Assembly: GCA_942490825.1 (NCBI GenBank)
Contig: CALNYG010000013.1
Coordinates: 189,359 to 253,358, forward strand
Direction: 5' to 3'
DNA length: 64,000 nt
From: Candidatus Moraniibacteriota bacterium
GTDB lineage: Bacteria; Patescibacteriota; Minisyncoccia; Moranbacterales; GCA-2747515
A program made the position numbers and the translations under genes. Every line of letters begins with the position of its first letter. Position 1 is the first letter of the stretch. Shown here in pieces: positions 28,610-36,383 of the stretch. The notes beneath the pieces are model-generated. The model was given only the letters and a program-made list of their open reading frames with translations. It made no database searches and was not told the origin of the DNA.

Positions 28610-28680
28610 GCGGGTGTCGTATAGTGGCAGTATAGGAGTCTCCAAAACTTCTGGCGGGAGTTCGATTCTCTCCACCCGTG
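28610..28680 (+). tRNA. tRNA-Trp (anticodon CCA)
   Basis: Acceptor gcgggtg/cacccgt (one G-U pair); anticodon arm ggagt-ctccaaa-acttc; T-loop ttcgatt. Confidence 0.8.
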
Positions 28681-28705
28681 CAAGTTATTTTTTTAAACAT
28701 ATATT

Positions 28706-28900
28706 ATGATGGACTATATTTGGATTATTTTAATAGTGGCACCCATATTTTATCAATTTTATGCAATAGAAAAATTGATTAAAAAAAGTAATGATGAGAA
28801 TAAAAGAAGATTTGATGTAATAGATGAGACTTTAAATTCTATGGAAGGTGATTTGTGGAAAGAGATAAATGAAGTTAATGAAAAATTAGATAAAAAATAA
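28706..28900 (+). CDS. hypothetical 64-aa protein with an N-terminal TM helix
   Basis: ORF followed by a hairpin and T-run at 28908-28936. Confidence 0.4.
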   Translation: MMDYIWIILIVAPIFYQFYAIEKLIKKSNDENKRRFDVIDETLNSMEGDLWKEINEVNEKLDKK

Positions 28901-28907
28901 TTTTTTA

Positions 28908-28936
28908 AAGAAGAGTTTTTAAGCTCTTCTTTTTTG
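28908..28936 (+). terminator. intrinsic terminator after the 64-aa ORF
   Basis: Stem gaagag/ctcttc followed by a T6 run. Confidence 0.45.
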
Positions 28937-28951
28937 TTATAAAAAAGATAT

Positions 28952-29347
28952 ATGAAAGATAAAGAATCAGAATTAAAAATTGATAAAATTGATGCAGCGA
29001 AAAGACAATTGAAGTATGCGATAGAAAATTTTTTTAGAGATGGGGATGCTGTTGTTACTCATAATCTTGCGTCAGCGTCTCTCCAAATATTACATGACCT
29101 TGGAAAGAAGGAGGGGATTAGTTCAGTTTTTGATTTAGGATGGATTAAGAAAGCGAGACGAAAAGAAGTAATGGATTCTTTTAGGGAGGCTCAAAATTTT
29201 TTTAAGCATGCTGATAGATGTGGTGACGAAGAAAAAATATTAAAATTTAAACCAAAAATAACTGAATTTTTTATTTTAGAAGCAGGTATGCTTTATATTA
29301 AATTAACCCAAAAAAATTTGCTACATATTATTTTATTTGAATGTTAA
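28952..29347 (+). CDS. hypothetical protein (131 aa)
   Basis: ORF only. No family recognised. Confidence 0.45.
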   Translation: MKDKESELKIDKIDAAKRQLKYAIENFFRDGDAVVTHNLASASLQILHDLGKKEGISSVFDLGWIKKARRKEVMDSFREAQNFFKHADRCGDEEKILKFKPKITEFFILEAGMLYIKLTQKNLLHIILFEC

Positions 29348-29508
29348 AGGGCAAGAAAACATATCCTGATATTTTCACAGGTGGTTTTGAAGAATATAAT
29401 TGTCTTTATAAAAAATTCTTTGGAAATACGCATTATTCTCAGAAAAAAAATTTTTTAGAAGTTTTGCCCGATTTTGAAGTGGCATATATTCTTTATGTAA
29501 GGGATTAA
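29341..29508 (+). CDS. possible 55-aa ORF overlapping the previous stop (ATGTTAA)
   Basis: Read by hand: MLKGKKTYPDIFTGGFEEYNCLYKKFFGNTHYSQKKNFLEVLPDFEVAYILYVRD. Below the ORF-track cutoff. Confidence 0.25.
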   Translation: MLKGKKTYPDIFTGGFEEYNCLYKKFFGNTHYSQKKNFLEVLPDFEVAYILYVRD

Positions 29509-29520
29509 TTTTTAAAGTCT

Positions 29521-29558
29521 TTCGTTCCTCAGATTCTCGCCTTCGCGGGAATGAGACA
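29521..29558 (-). repeat. degenerate relative of the gtcattc...gaatc repeat families
   Basis: The reverse complement reads tgtctcattcccgcgaaggcgagaatctgaggaacgaa. Confidence 0.35.
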
Positions 29559-29795
29559 TGAATTGGAAGATTTTTTTTTAGGATACTGTTTTACAGCTGG
29601 TTCCGAATGTTTTTAGCGAAGTTTTTAATTTATATTTAAAGTTTGTTGTAAAATTTTTTATTGAAACGTGTGAGGGGTTAAAAACCCGTTCTGCAGTTGC
29701 TTGTCTGTTTTAAGCATTAGAAAACTATTAAGATTACTATGCGATTTTGGGTTGGAAAATTTTCTAACCTCTACATTGCAATAACGTGATGTGTT

Positions 29796-30885
29796 TTATC
29801 TTTTCAACTTCAACCCAGAATCAGCCTGTAAAATTTTATAATTATCCAAACATTCAGCACGTTCAGTCTCAGACATCTTTTCCCAACGGTTGGCCGCAGC
29901 CAAAGCAATCATCGTAGCATTGTCCAAACAATACGTAAACGGCGGAACAGTAAAATCAACACCAGACAATTCATCATTCACAGCCGTTTCCAAGTCAGAT
30001 CGCAACTTTTTATTAGCACTAACACCACCAGCCAACACAACCGATTTAACACCAAATTCTCGAGTAGCTTTTATAGTTTTTTTAATTAAAACTTCAGTAG
30101 CAGCCAATTGAAATTCATTCGCAATTTTATCGATAAAATTTTCAGGAAGTGAATCTTCTTTAGAAAGATTGTTTTTTTCTCGAAAAGTTCTGATAGCATA
30201 AAGAGATGCAGTTTTCAATCCAGAAAAAGAAAAATCATAATCCTTTGTATTAATCATTGGGCGGGGAAGTTTTATTTCGTCAAATTCAGAATTTTTATTT
30301 TCTTCAAATTCTTCAGCTTTTTTATCGATGATTGGTCCGCCAGGGTAACTTAATCCTAACATCCGTGCAACTTTATCATAAGCTTCACCAACAGCATCGT
30401 CTTGTGTTTCGCCAACAATTTCATATTGCAAATGATCCCTCATTAAAATTAATTGAGTATGCCCACCTGAAACCACCAGAGCCAAAACAGGGAATTGAAC
30501 ATCTTTATTTTCTGCCCAGTTAGCGTAAATGTGACCTTCAGTGTGACTGAATACCCAAAAGTGGTTTTTGCCAAGCGTGAGCGAGCGATTTTGCGGTTGT
30601 AACGCCGACGAGGAGAGCAGGAATTAAACCTGGTCCTTGTGTGACGGCAATTAGATCAATGTCGTCTTTGGCCATTTTTGCTTCTTCGAGTGCTTCTTTC
30701 AAAACTGGAATTATGTTTTTTGTGTGTTCTCGTGCGGCTAGGTTTGGTACAACGCCACCCCATTCAGCATGAAGTTCAATTTGGGATGATACGACGTTGG
30801 CTAGTATTTCTGTTTTATTGTTTTCTGATTTTATGATGGCGATTGCTGTTTCGTCGCAAGATGTTTCGATTGATAGAATATTCAT
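29796..30885 (-). pseudogene. tsaD: tRNA N6-adenosine threonylcarbamoyltransferase TsaD, frame broken near 30538-30552 (true frameshift or assembly error)
   Basis: The N-terminal ORF (SIETSCDETA...AKSLAHAWQKPLLGIQSH*) ends at a TGA. The adjacent frame continues SHTEGHIYANW...LVVSGGHTQL...DDAVGEAYDKVARMLGL. Confidence 0.85.
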
Positions 30886-30927
30886 GATTTTTGATAATTA
30901 AAATTTAATAATTTTTAAATAGAATAG

Positions 30928-30987
30928 CTTGTTATTCTGAACGAAATAATTTTTATTTTATAAAAATTATGCAGTGAAGAATCTCAG
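30928..30987 (+). repeat. A-family unit A4 (diverged flanks)
   Basis: cttgttattctgaacgaa + hairpin ataatttttat-ttt-ataaaaattat + gcagtgaagaatctcag. Confidence 0.8.
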
Positions 30988-31034
30988 TAAGTTTTTCTGG
31001 CGCTTTGGTAACTTTGAGTTTTTGTGATTCTCTG

Positions 31035-31094
31035 CGGGGATTCTTCACTTCATGAATTTATCTACGATAAATTCATTACGTTCAGAATGACAAT
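31035..31094 (-). repeat. A-family unit A5 (inverted)
   Basis: cggggattcttcacttc + hairpin atgaatttatc-tac-gataaattcat + tacgttcagaatgacaat. Confidence 0.85.
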
Positions 31095-31141
31095 AAAATT
31101 TACTGAATAATAGAAAGCTTTTTAAATTATGTATCAGAAAT

Positions 31142-31156
31142 AGCCTGTGGCGAGCA
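31142..31156 (+). repeat. GC-rich motif, copy 3 (shortened)
   Basis: agcctgtggcgagca followed by tttttt. Confidence 0.6.
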
Positions 31157-31229
31157 TTTTTTGATTTTTCAGTTGTTTAAATGATTAAAAGCGTGTTAGA
31201 TTTAGAATAGCTAAATAATCGAGTATTTT

Positions 31230-31835
31230 ATGGATTTATTGAATCATAAAAATTTAAAAGTTGACCAATATTCTGATCAGACTGATGAGGAAATTATAAC
31301 ACTGGTTCAGTCTGGAAAGCAAGAGTTTTTTGATGTGATCATTGAGCGTTATCGGGAGAAGCTGCCTTTTTATATTATGCGTTTTGTGAAAAATGAGGAT
31401 GAGGTGAAAGATGTTTTACAAAATGTTTTTGTGAAGTCTTTGAATGCGATTGATTCGTTTGATTGTGAGCGGAAGTTTTCGTCGTGGATTTATCGGATTG
31501 CTCATAATGAGGCGGTGAACTGGGCGACACGGAAAAATAAGCGGACTGTTTCGATTGATGATTTGGGCGTGCAGGATAGTAATTTTTTGGTGAGTGATGA
31601 TTTTGATGTTTCAATGGAGAAATGGTTTCATTTGGAGTTGAAGGATGCGATGAGGGAGGCGATTGGGAAATTGCCTGAAAATTATGCGGAGGTGATTCGG
31701 ATGCGGTATATTGAGGATATGTCGTATAAGGAGATTGCGGAGGTTTTGGATAAGTCGGTGAATAGTGTGGGGACTTTGGTTCGGCGGGCGAAAAAGAGGT
31801 TGTTGGGAATTGTGATTGATTCGGAGGGGCTGTAA
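31230..31835 (+). CDS. RNA polymerase sigma factor, ECF/sigma-24 type
   Basis: Region 2 FSSWIYRIAHNEAVNW and region 4 HTH MSYKEIAEVLDKSVNSVGTLVRRAKKRL. Confidence 0.85.
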   Translation: MDLLNHKNLKVDQYSDQTDEEIITLVQSGKQEFFDVIIERYREKLPFYIMRFVKNEDEVKDVLQNVFVKSLNAIDSFDCERKFSSWIYRIAHNEAVNWATRKNKRTVSIDDLGVQDSNFLVSDDFDVSMEKWFHLELKDAMREAIGKLPENYAEVIRMRYIEDMSYKEIAEVLDKSVNSVGTLVRRAKKRLLGIVIDSEGL

Positions 31836-31838
31836 AGG

Positions 31839-31867
31839 TTGACAAAAAAAGTAATAAGAGTTATATT
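31839..31867 (+). promoter_or_regulatory. near-consensus promoter for the orphan gene at 31924
   Basis: TTGACA-N17-TATATT. Confidence 0.55.
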
Positions 31868-31923
31868 GGTGAGCGGTAGAGTGTAGTATTTTGATTTCAT
31901 CTTAATATTCGAAGAGGTAGAAA

Positions 31924-32217
31924 ATGTCTAGTGAGCAAACTAATCATATTCAAGTTAATGATACAGAAATTATTTTTTGGCCTGATTTTGTAGAAAAACA
32001 AAGAAGGAATGTTATTGAGTTTCCTTATAGGGCTGAGATGATAGCTTATTTCTTTGGAAAAGAAGTTCAGGGAGTAACAGCACAAGGAAAAACATTTGAA
32101 GCTTTACTTGAACTTTATCGCCTGAATGGATGGTTAAATTCAGGCGTAACAAAGGAAGTTGTTATTGAAGGTCCCGACGTTTATATAACCATAAAACCTA
32201 ATACTCATAGTTATTAG
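31924..32217 (+). CDS. orphan protein (97 aa)
   Basis: Has its own near-consensus promoter, a GAGG SD 6 nt before the ATG, and an intrinsic terminator. No family recognised. Confidence 0.5.
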   Translation: MSSEQTNHIQVNDTEIIFWPDFVEKQRRNVIEFPYRAEMIAYFFGKEVQGVTAQGKTFEALLELYRLNGWLNSGVTKEVVIEGPDVYITIKPNTHSY

Positions 32218-32233
32218 CAACACTGTTTGCATC

Positions 32234-32269
32234 TGCGTGTACTTTCTATAAAGTGCACGCAATTTTTTT
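32234..32269 (+). terminator. intrinsic terminator after orphan gene 31924-32217
   Basis: tgcgtgtac ... gtgcacgca (8 of 9 bp paired) followed by attttttt. Confidence 0.6.
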
Positions 32270-32307
32270 ATTATGTATTTAAGATGAATGTAAAAATGTT
32301 AACTCCT

Positions 32308-33201
32308 TTATTTCCAAACACACAATCGATCCAAATCAGCTAAATCTTTTTTAAATATAATTTTAGCATTTGGAAAATAATTTTTTATTTTTTCGGTTAA
32401 ATAATTTGGTTGTTCAGGATTGATTTCAAAATAAATAGTAAACTTTTTATTTTTATTAAAAATTTCTTTTATCTCTTGAGTGAGTCTGTCATAATGATTT
32501 AAACCTTCATCGTCTGACCAAAGTGCAATTTCCGGTTCAAATTTTAAAGCTTTCGATTCATCTTTTTTAAATAAATCATTTTTAAAATCTTCATTAACAT
32601 AAGGAAGATTAGCAATTAAAATAATTTCACCAGCAAAGTCTTTAATTTCTTTTCGCAACTTTTTATGTTTCAATAAATCAGATTTGTAAAAGTTTATTTT
32701 ATTTTTAACTTTATGATGAATAGAATTTATTTTTGCAACTTTCAAAGCTTTGTCTGAAATGTCAGTGGCAATAAATTCAAAATTATTATTTTTGTATTTT
32801 TCTAATTCTTTTGCTAAAGTTATTGGAATAATTCCACTTCCTGTTCCGATGTCTAAAATCAAGTAATCTTTATTTTCGCTATTTTCAATTTGTTCTAAAA
32901 CATTTTCGATAATTAATTCAGTTTCAGGGCGGGGAACTAACGTGTTTTTATTTACAAAAAAAGCTCTTCCGTAAAATTCTTTTTCTTTTGTTAAATAGGC
33001 GATGGGAATATTTTTTTCACGTTTTTTTAAACTCCTTTCAATTTTAAAAGTTTGCCAGAAACTTAGTAAGTGTTCAGGATGAGCGAGAATAAAGACTCTA
33101 TCTTTTTCTAATTCGTGGGCGATTAAAATTTCAATTTCAGTTAGCTCGACTTTTTTGTGCCATTTTTTAAGTAGTTCTTGAATTGTTGTTTTTTTGAACA
33201 T
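32308..33201 (-). CDS. prmC: release-factor glutamine N5-methyltransferase
   Basis: SAM-binding LDIGTGSGIIPI and substrate motif ANLPYV (an NPPY variant). Confidence 0.8.
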   Translation of the reverse strand: MFKKTTIQELLKKWHKKVELTEIEILIAHELEKDRVFILAHPEHLLSFWQTFKIERSLKKREKNIPIAYLTKEKEFYGRAFFVNKNTLVPRPETELIIENVLEQIENSENKDYLILDIGTGSGIIPITLAKELEKYKNNNFEFIATDISDKALKVAKINSIHHKVKNKINFYKSDLLKHKKLRKEIKDFAGEIILIANLPYVNEDFKNDLFKKDESKALKFEPEIALWSDDEGLNHYDRLTQEIKEIFNKNKKFTIYFEINPEQPNYLTEKIKNYFPNAKIIFKKDLADLDRLCVWK

Positions 33202-33230
33202 AATTTTTTTATTTGCGAATTATAAGGTAT

Positions 33231-33302
33231 GTCATTCCGGAAGACATAATTTGTTCACGAACGGAGTGAGTGATTACAAATTAGTCTATCCGGAATCTAC
33301 AC
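33231..33302 (-). repeat. B-family-related unit B3a
   Basis: gtcattccggaagacataatttg ... ctatccggaatctacac. Confidence 0.6.
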
Positions 33303-33316
33303 TTTAAGATTTGAGA

Positions 33317-33399
33317 AAACCTAGAGTATAGATTCCGGATAAATTATTTTCTATTTCATCGCTACGCTCTGAAAGAAAATATATTTTCCAGAATGACAT
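33317..33399 (+). repeat. B-family unit B3b
   Basis: aacctagagtatagattccggataaattattttctat ... aaagaaaatatattttccagaatgacat. The flanks match B1 and the core differs. Confidence 0.8.
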
Positions 33400-33425
33400 G
33401 TTTGGGAGTTTGAAAATTGAATAAC

Positions 33426-33453
33426 TTGACAAAAATGCATTTTTTGATATAAT
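33426..33453 (+). promoter_or_regulatory. near-consensus promoter upstream of the gene at 33530
   Basis: TTGACA-N16-TATAAT with a TG extension (TGaTATAAT). Confidence 0.5.
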
Positions 33454-33529
33454 GGTGAGTTATGTTTTAATCTAGTGATTTAAGAATAAAACAAGAATTA
33501 AAATTTATATCCGTTTAATTGAATTTTTT

Positions 33530-34609
33530 ATGAACAAAATAAGTTTAACTTTAATAACTGTAATAGTCGGAGTTTCGTTGGTTTTCACATTTTTACAAAT
33601 GGAAAAGCCAGCTTTTGGAATGGAGAATAAATTTATTGTTGTGCCTCAAAATTCAATTGTTGCGAATGATATGAACAATATTATTAATAATATAGTAAAT
33701 ATAGCTAGCGAGCAACAAAATAACGAATTACTTCAAAAAAATCGAGCGATGGTTGAAATTGAAAGATTGGATGAGACTAGCATGTTTCAAGTTACTGTAT
33801 TAGCTCAAAGTGAAAAAGACGTTAAAGAATTGAGTGAACAAGTTACATATAATGTTTTAAAAGATATTTCTAAATACTACGATGTCAAAACAGATGTTAA
33901 TATTAATCTTGTAAATGATAGTGAAATTAAAAAGAATATTTTAAATGGAATTTTGCCAATTGTATTTTGGGCTTTGGTTGGGATTTTGGTGAGTATTTTG
34001 GTAGTGATGATTGTTGAATTATTTACGCCAAAAAGGAGAGAAGAAAAAGTTGTTGATTTGAAAAATATGATTAATAGTAAAATTGAATCAAATAACGTTG
34101 ATTCTGTAGTAATTTCAAATAATGACAAAATAGAGAATAATATAAAAGAATCTGCACCAGTTTATAATTTACAGGATTCTAGGGATCTGAATGTTAATGA
34201 AAATTACGAATTTAATTCTTTTCAAAATATTAATAAGAAAGTTTCCAATGTCAATGAGAATGCAGAGCAGTTAGGAGAAGTTGTAACAGGAAGTAGTGGC
34301 GAGTCTACTGAAGAAGAGGTTAATGAAGAGACTGTTGAAGAGATTGTGAAAGAAGTGGAAGCTGAAAATGATTCTGGGGTGGAAGTGTCTGATGAGCCTA
34401 TTATTGAAAAGAAAATTGTTACAAGTAGTAATTCAGTAGCTAGCCGTTCGGGAGCTCCGAGTAATTTACCAGTTGCAGATTTTGATTTTAGTAATTTCGC
34501 ATCAAGCGAAAAAGCTATTCCAAAAGAAAAGGATAAAGCTGAGAGCGATGAGCCAACCGAAGAAGAATTGAAAGCTAGACTCAATAAACTTCTAAAAGGA
34601 GAAATGTAG
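33530..34609 (+). CDS. bitopic or two-TM membrane protein with an acidic C-terminal tail (Wzz-like topology, unassigned)
   Basis: A TM helix at the N-terminus and another around residue 150. E/S-rich tail. The topological resemblance to chain-length regulators is weak. Confidence 0.45.
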   Translation: MNKISLTLITVIVGVSLVFTFLQMEKPAFGMENKFIVVPQNSIVANDMNNIINNIVNIASEQQNNELLQKNRAMVEIERLDETSMFQVTVLAQSEKDVKELSEQVTYNVLKDISKYYDVKTDVNINLVNDSEIKKNILNGILPIVFWALVGILVSILVVMIVELFTPKRREEKVVDLKNMINSKIESNNVDSVVISNNDKIENNIKESAPVYNLQDSRDLNVNENYEFNSFQNINKKVSNVNENAEQLGEVVTGSSGESTEEEVNEETVEEIVKEVEAENDSGVEVSDEPIIEKKIVTSSNSVASRSGAPSNLPVADFDFSNFASSEKAIPKEKDKAESDEPTEEELKARLNKLLKGEM

Positions 34610-34619
34610 AACCTGAAAT

Positions 34620-34650
34620 AAAAACTCGCTTAAAGCGAGTTTTTATTTTG
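34620..34650 (+). terminator. intrinsic terminator after the gene ending at 34609
   Basis: aaaaactcgc-ttaaa-gcgagttttt followed by a T-rich run. Confidence 0.6.
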
Positions 34651-34679
34651 TTGACTTTCAGGTGTCGTAAGTGTAGAAT
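34651..34679 (+). promoter_or_regulatory. promoter for the efflux adaptor gene
   Basis: TTGACT-N17-TAGAAT, immediately after the 34620-34650 terminator. Confidence 0.5.
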
Positions 34680-34706
34680 TTTAAGATATGTTATTAATAT
34701 AATTTT

Positions 34707-35840
34707 ATGAAAAAAATTAGTAAAAAAGTAGGGGATTTTATTAAAAAATATCCGATGGGATTTTTCTTTGTTTCATTGGTAATTCTTTTAATTATTATAA
34801 TTATTGGAAATAAAATTCGTGAAGTAAAAGATATTGAAGAAGTAAAAACTGAATCAATAAAAAAAGTTTCTACAATTCAAATTAAAGATAAACAGTATGT
34901 AAATCTTTCAGGACAAGTTGAAAAAGGCGGTGTAGTTACAATTTTTTCACAAATTTCTGGTGTAATTAATAAAGTTTATGTGGAGGAAGGTTCAGAAATT
35001 AATCAGGGAAAAAGTATTGTATATATTGCAGATAATTATAGTGGAGGCAATAGTGCTTCTGTGGCTTATCAAATTGCAGAACGTCAGGTTCAAAATCAGG
35101 ATGAAACCATAGAAAGGCAATTAAAGGTATTTAATGATCAGCGGAAAGTTGCAAGAGCAATTGAAGGTAAAGCAGGTAAAATTGCTCGACGACAAGCTAC
35201 AATTCAGAAACGTAATACAGAAATGCAGTATGATTTGACAATTTTACAAGAGAAGCAAGCGGCAATTAATGTTTCATATCACACACCTACATCTCCGTTT
35301 ACTGGAAATGTAGAGCGTGTTTTTGTTAAAAAAGGAGAGACTGTAAATGCAGGAAGTAAAATTGCGGTTATTAATTCAAATGATAAAGAATTAAGTATCG
35401 CAGTAAATATCAGTTCTTCATTAGCGAGTGTTATTGATGTGGAAAATGCGAGTATTTTAAGTATTGGTGATGAACAGATTGAAATTTTTCCGACATATCT
35501 TTCGGAAAGCGAAATAGATAATCAGTCTTATGTTGTTATTTATGAACTAGAAGATAAATATATTGACAAGGTGGCGAATAATGAATTTATTGATATTTCA
35601 ATTCCAGTTAATGCTCAGGTGTCAGAAAATGAAATTATTATTCCTTTGGATGCGGTGCGTTTGATGAATGATAAGTCTGTAGTGTTTATTTTAGAAGATG
35701 GTGTTGCGAAGTCTCGGGAGGTAACTACTGGTGATGTGATGGGTAATTTTATTGTTGTGTATGGTGGAATTGGTGAAGATGATTTGATTATTCTAGATAG
35801 AAATGTTTTTGATGGGGATAGAGTTGAGTTGGGAAAGTAG
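34707..35840 (+). CDS. efflux transporter periplasmic adaptor (membrane fusion protein)
   Basis: TM anchor. Lipoyl-like halves GVINKVYVEEGSEINQGKSIVYI and GNVERVFVKKGETVNAGSKIAVI. C-terminal beta domain. Confidence 0.75.
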   Translation: MKKISKKVGDFIKKYPMGFFFVSLVILLIIIIIGNKIREVKDIEEVKTESIKKVSTIQIKDKQYVNLSGQVEKGGVVTIFSQISGVINKVYVEEGSEINQGKSIVYIADNYSGGNSASVAYQIAERQVQNQDETIERQLKVFNDQRKVARAIEGKAGKIARRQATIQKRNTEMQYDLTILQEKQAAINVSYHTPTSPFTGNVERVFVKKGETVNAGSKIAVINSNDKELSIAVNISSSLASVIDVENASILSIGDEQIEIFPTYLSESEIDNQSYVVIYELEDKYIDKVANNEFIDISIPVNAQVSENEIIIPLDAVRLMNDKSVVFILEDGVAKSREVTTGDVMGNFIVVYGGIGEDDLIILDRNVFDGDRVELGK

Positions 35841-35954
35841 AGTTTTTAATTTAAAAAGTTTTTTGAAATTTTGATTTATAAAAAAAGACCCTACACCAAG
35901 ATGTTACTATGGCATAGGGTTGTTGCAGATTAATTGAAATTTTAAGGAAAGAAT

Positions 35955-36317
35955 TTATTCTTCAGTTAAGATCGCTTCTCCATAAAGGAACAATGTTAAT
36001 ATAAAGGAGACATCGTTGTATTCAGTAGTAAAAACGGCAACGTTTTTGCATGAACTTTCAAAACCCTTGAAGCAAATTCTTTCCACCTGGAGTGTTACTG
36101 TCGATTTCATATTTTTAAAGTATACTTGATTATCTATGATTGCCAAGCATTTAAAAATTTTTGGAGAAGATAATCGATAGAATTGCCCGATTTTTAGCTT
36201 GGGTGAATTTACATGAGTAATATGACTTCTTTTATCTTCAGGTGTCAAAGCATTCCAATTTGAATTTGTTATGCTTCGAAATCTAGCTTCATTTCCAGTC
36301 ATTTGCATTGTTTTCAT
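35955..36317 (-). CDS. orphan protein (120 aa) antisense to the efflux genes
   Basis: Consensus promoter at 36384-36412 on the minus strand. GAGGA SD 7 nt before the ATG. No family recognised. Confidence 0.5.
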   Translation of the reverse strand: MKTMQMTGNEARFRSITNSNWNALTPEDKRSHITHVNSPKLKIGQFYRLSSPKIFKCLAIIDNQVYFKNMKSTVTLQVERICFKGFESSCKNVAVFTTEYNDVSFILTLFLYGEAILTEE

Positions 36318-36383
36318 GGATTATTCCTCTAGTATTTTGAATTGAGTTGTGATGAACTAATTTAAATTTATCTGTAACTCCAA

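Noticed and set aside
28706-28900. The 64-aa ORF after tRNA-Trp as SecE, based on the usual tRNA-Trp-secE-nusG synteny
   Set aside because: Its TM helix is N-terminal and the rest is an acidic coiled segment. SecE has a C-terminal TM helix preceded by an amphipathic helix. No nusG follows.
28660-29560. An integrated islet with an att duplication of the tRNA-Trp 3' end
   Set aside because: Only a 7-nt match (gattctc) to the tRNA 3' region is found near 29531, and it lies inside a degenerate repeat. That is insufficient for an att site, and no integrase is present.
29796-30885. Alternative genetic code (TGA read as Gly or Trp) as the explanation for the split tsaD and truncated rpsB
   Set aside because: Reading through the TGA codons runs into TAA within a few codons, and the downstream homology is in a different frame. 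All other genes are intact under the standard code. These are frameshifts, not recoding.
23029-31094. A-family repeats as a possible CRISPR array
   Set aside because: The copies are in mixed orientation, irregularly spaced (hundreds to thousands of bp apart) and separated by genes. No cas genes are present. They are dispersed palindromic units, not a CRISPR array.
31375-31845. 156-aa P/S/T-rich ORF on the minus strand, plus 31682-31900
   Set aside because: It is fully antisense to the well-supported ECF sigma gene and has a low-complexity translation with no start signals. It is a by-product of the locally higher G+C of the sigma gene.
34222-34584. 120-aa S-rich minus-strand ORF. Similar antisense ORFs occur at 171-434, 2054-2356, 3417-3785, 7409-7675, 16125-16337, 20661-20876, 21402-21584, 25955-26152, 27294-27548, 29890-30111, 38697-38954, 43562-43891, 53281-53568 and 54548-54883.
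   Set aside because: Each lies inside and antisense to a longer ORF with clear family motifs. None has promoter or SD signals. Treated as shadow ORFs.
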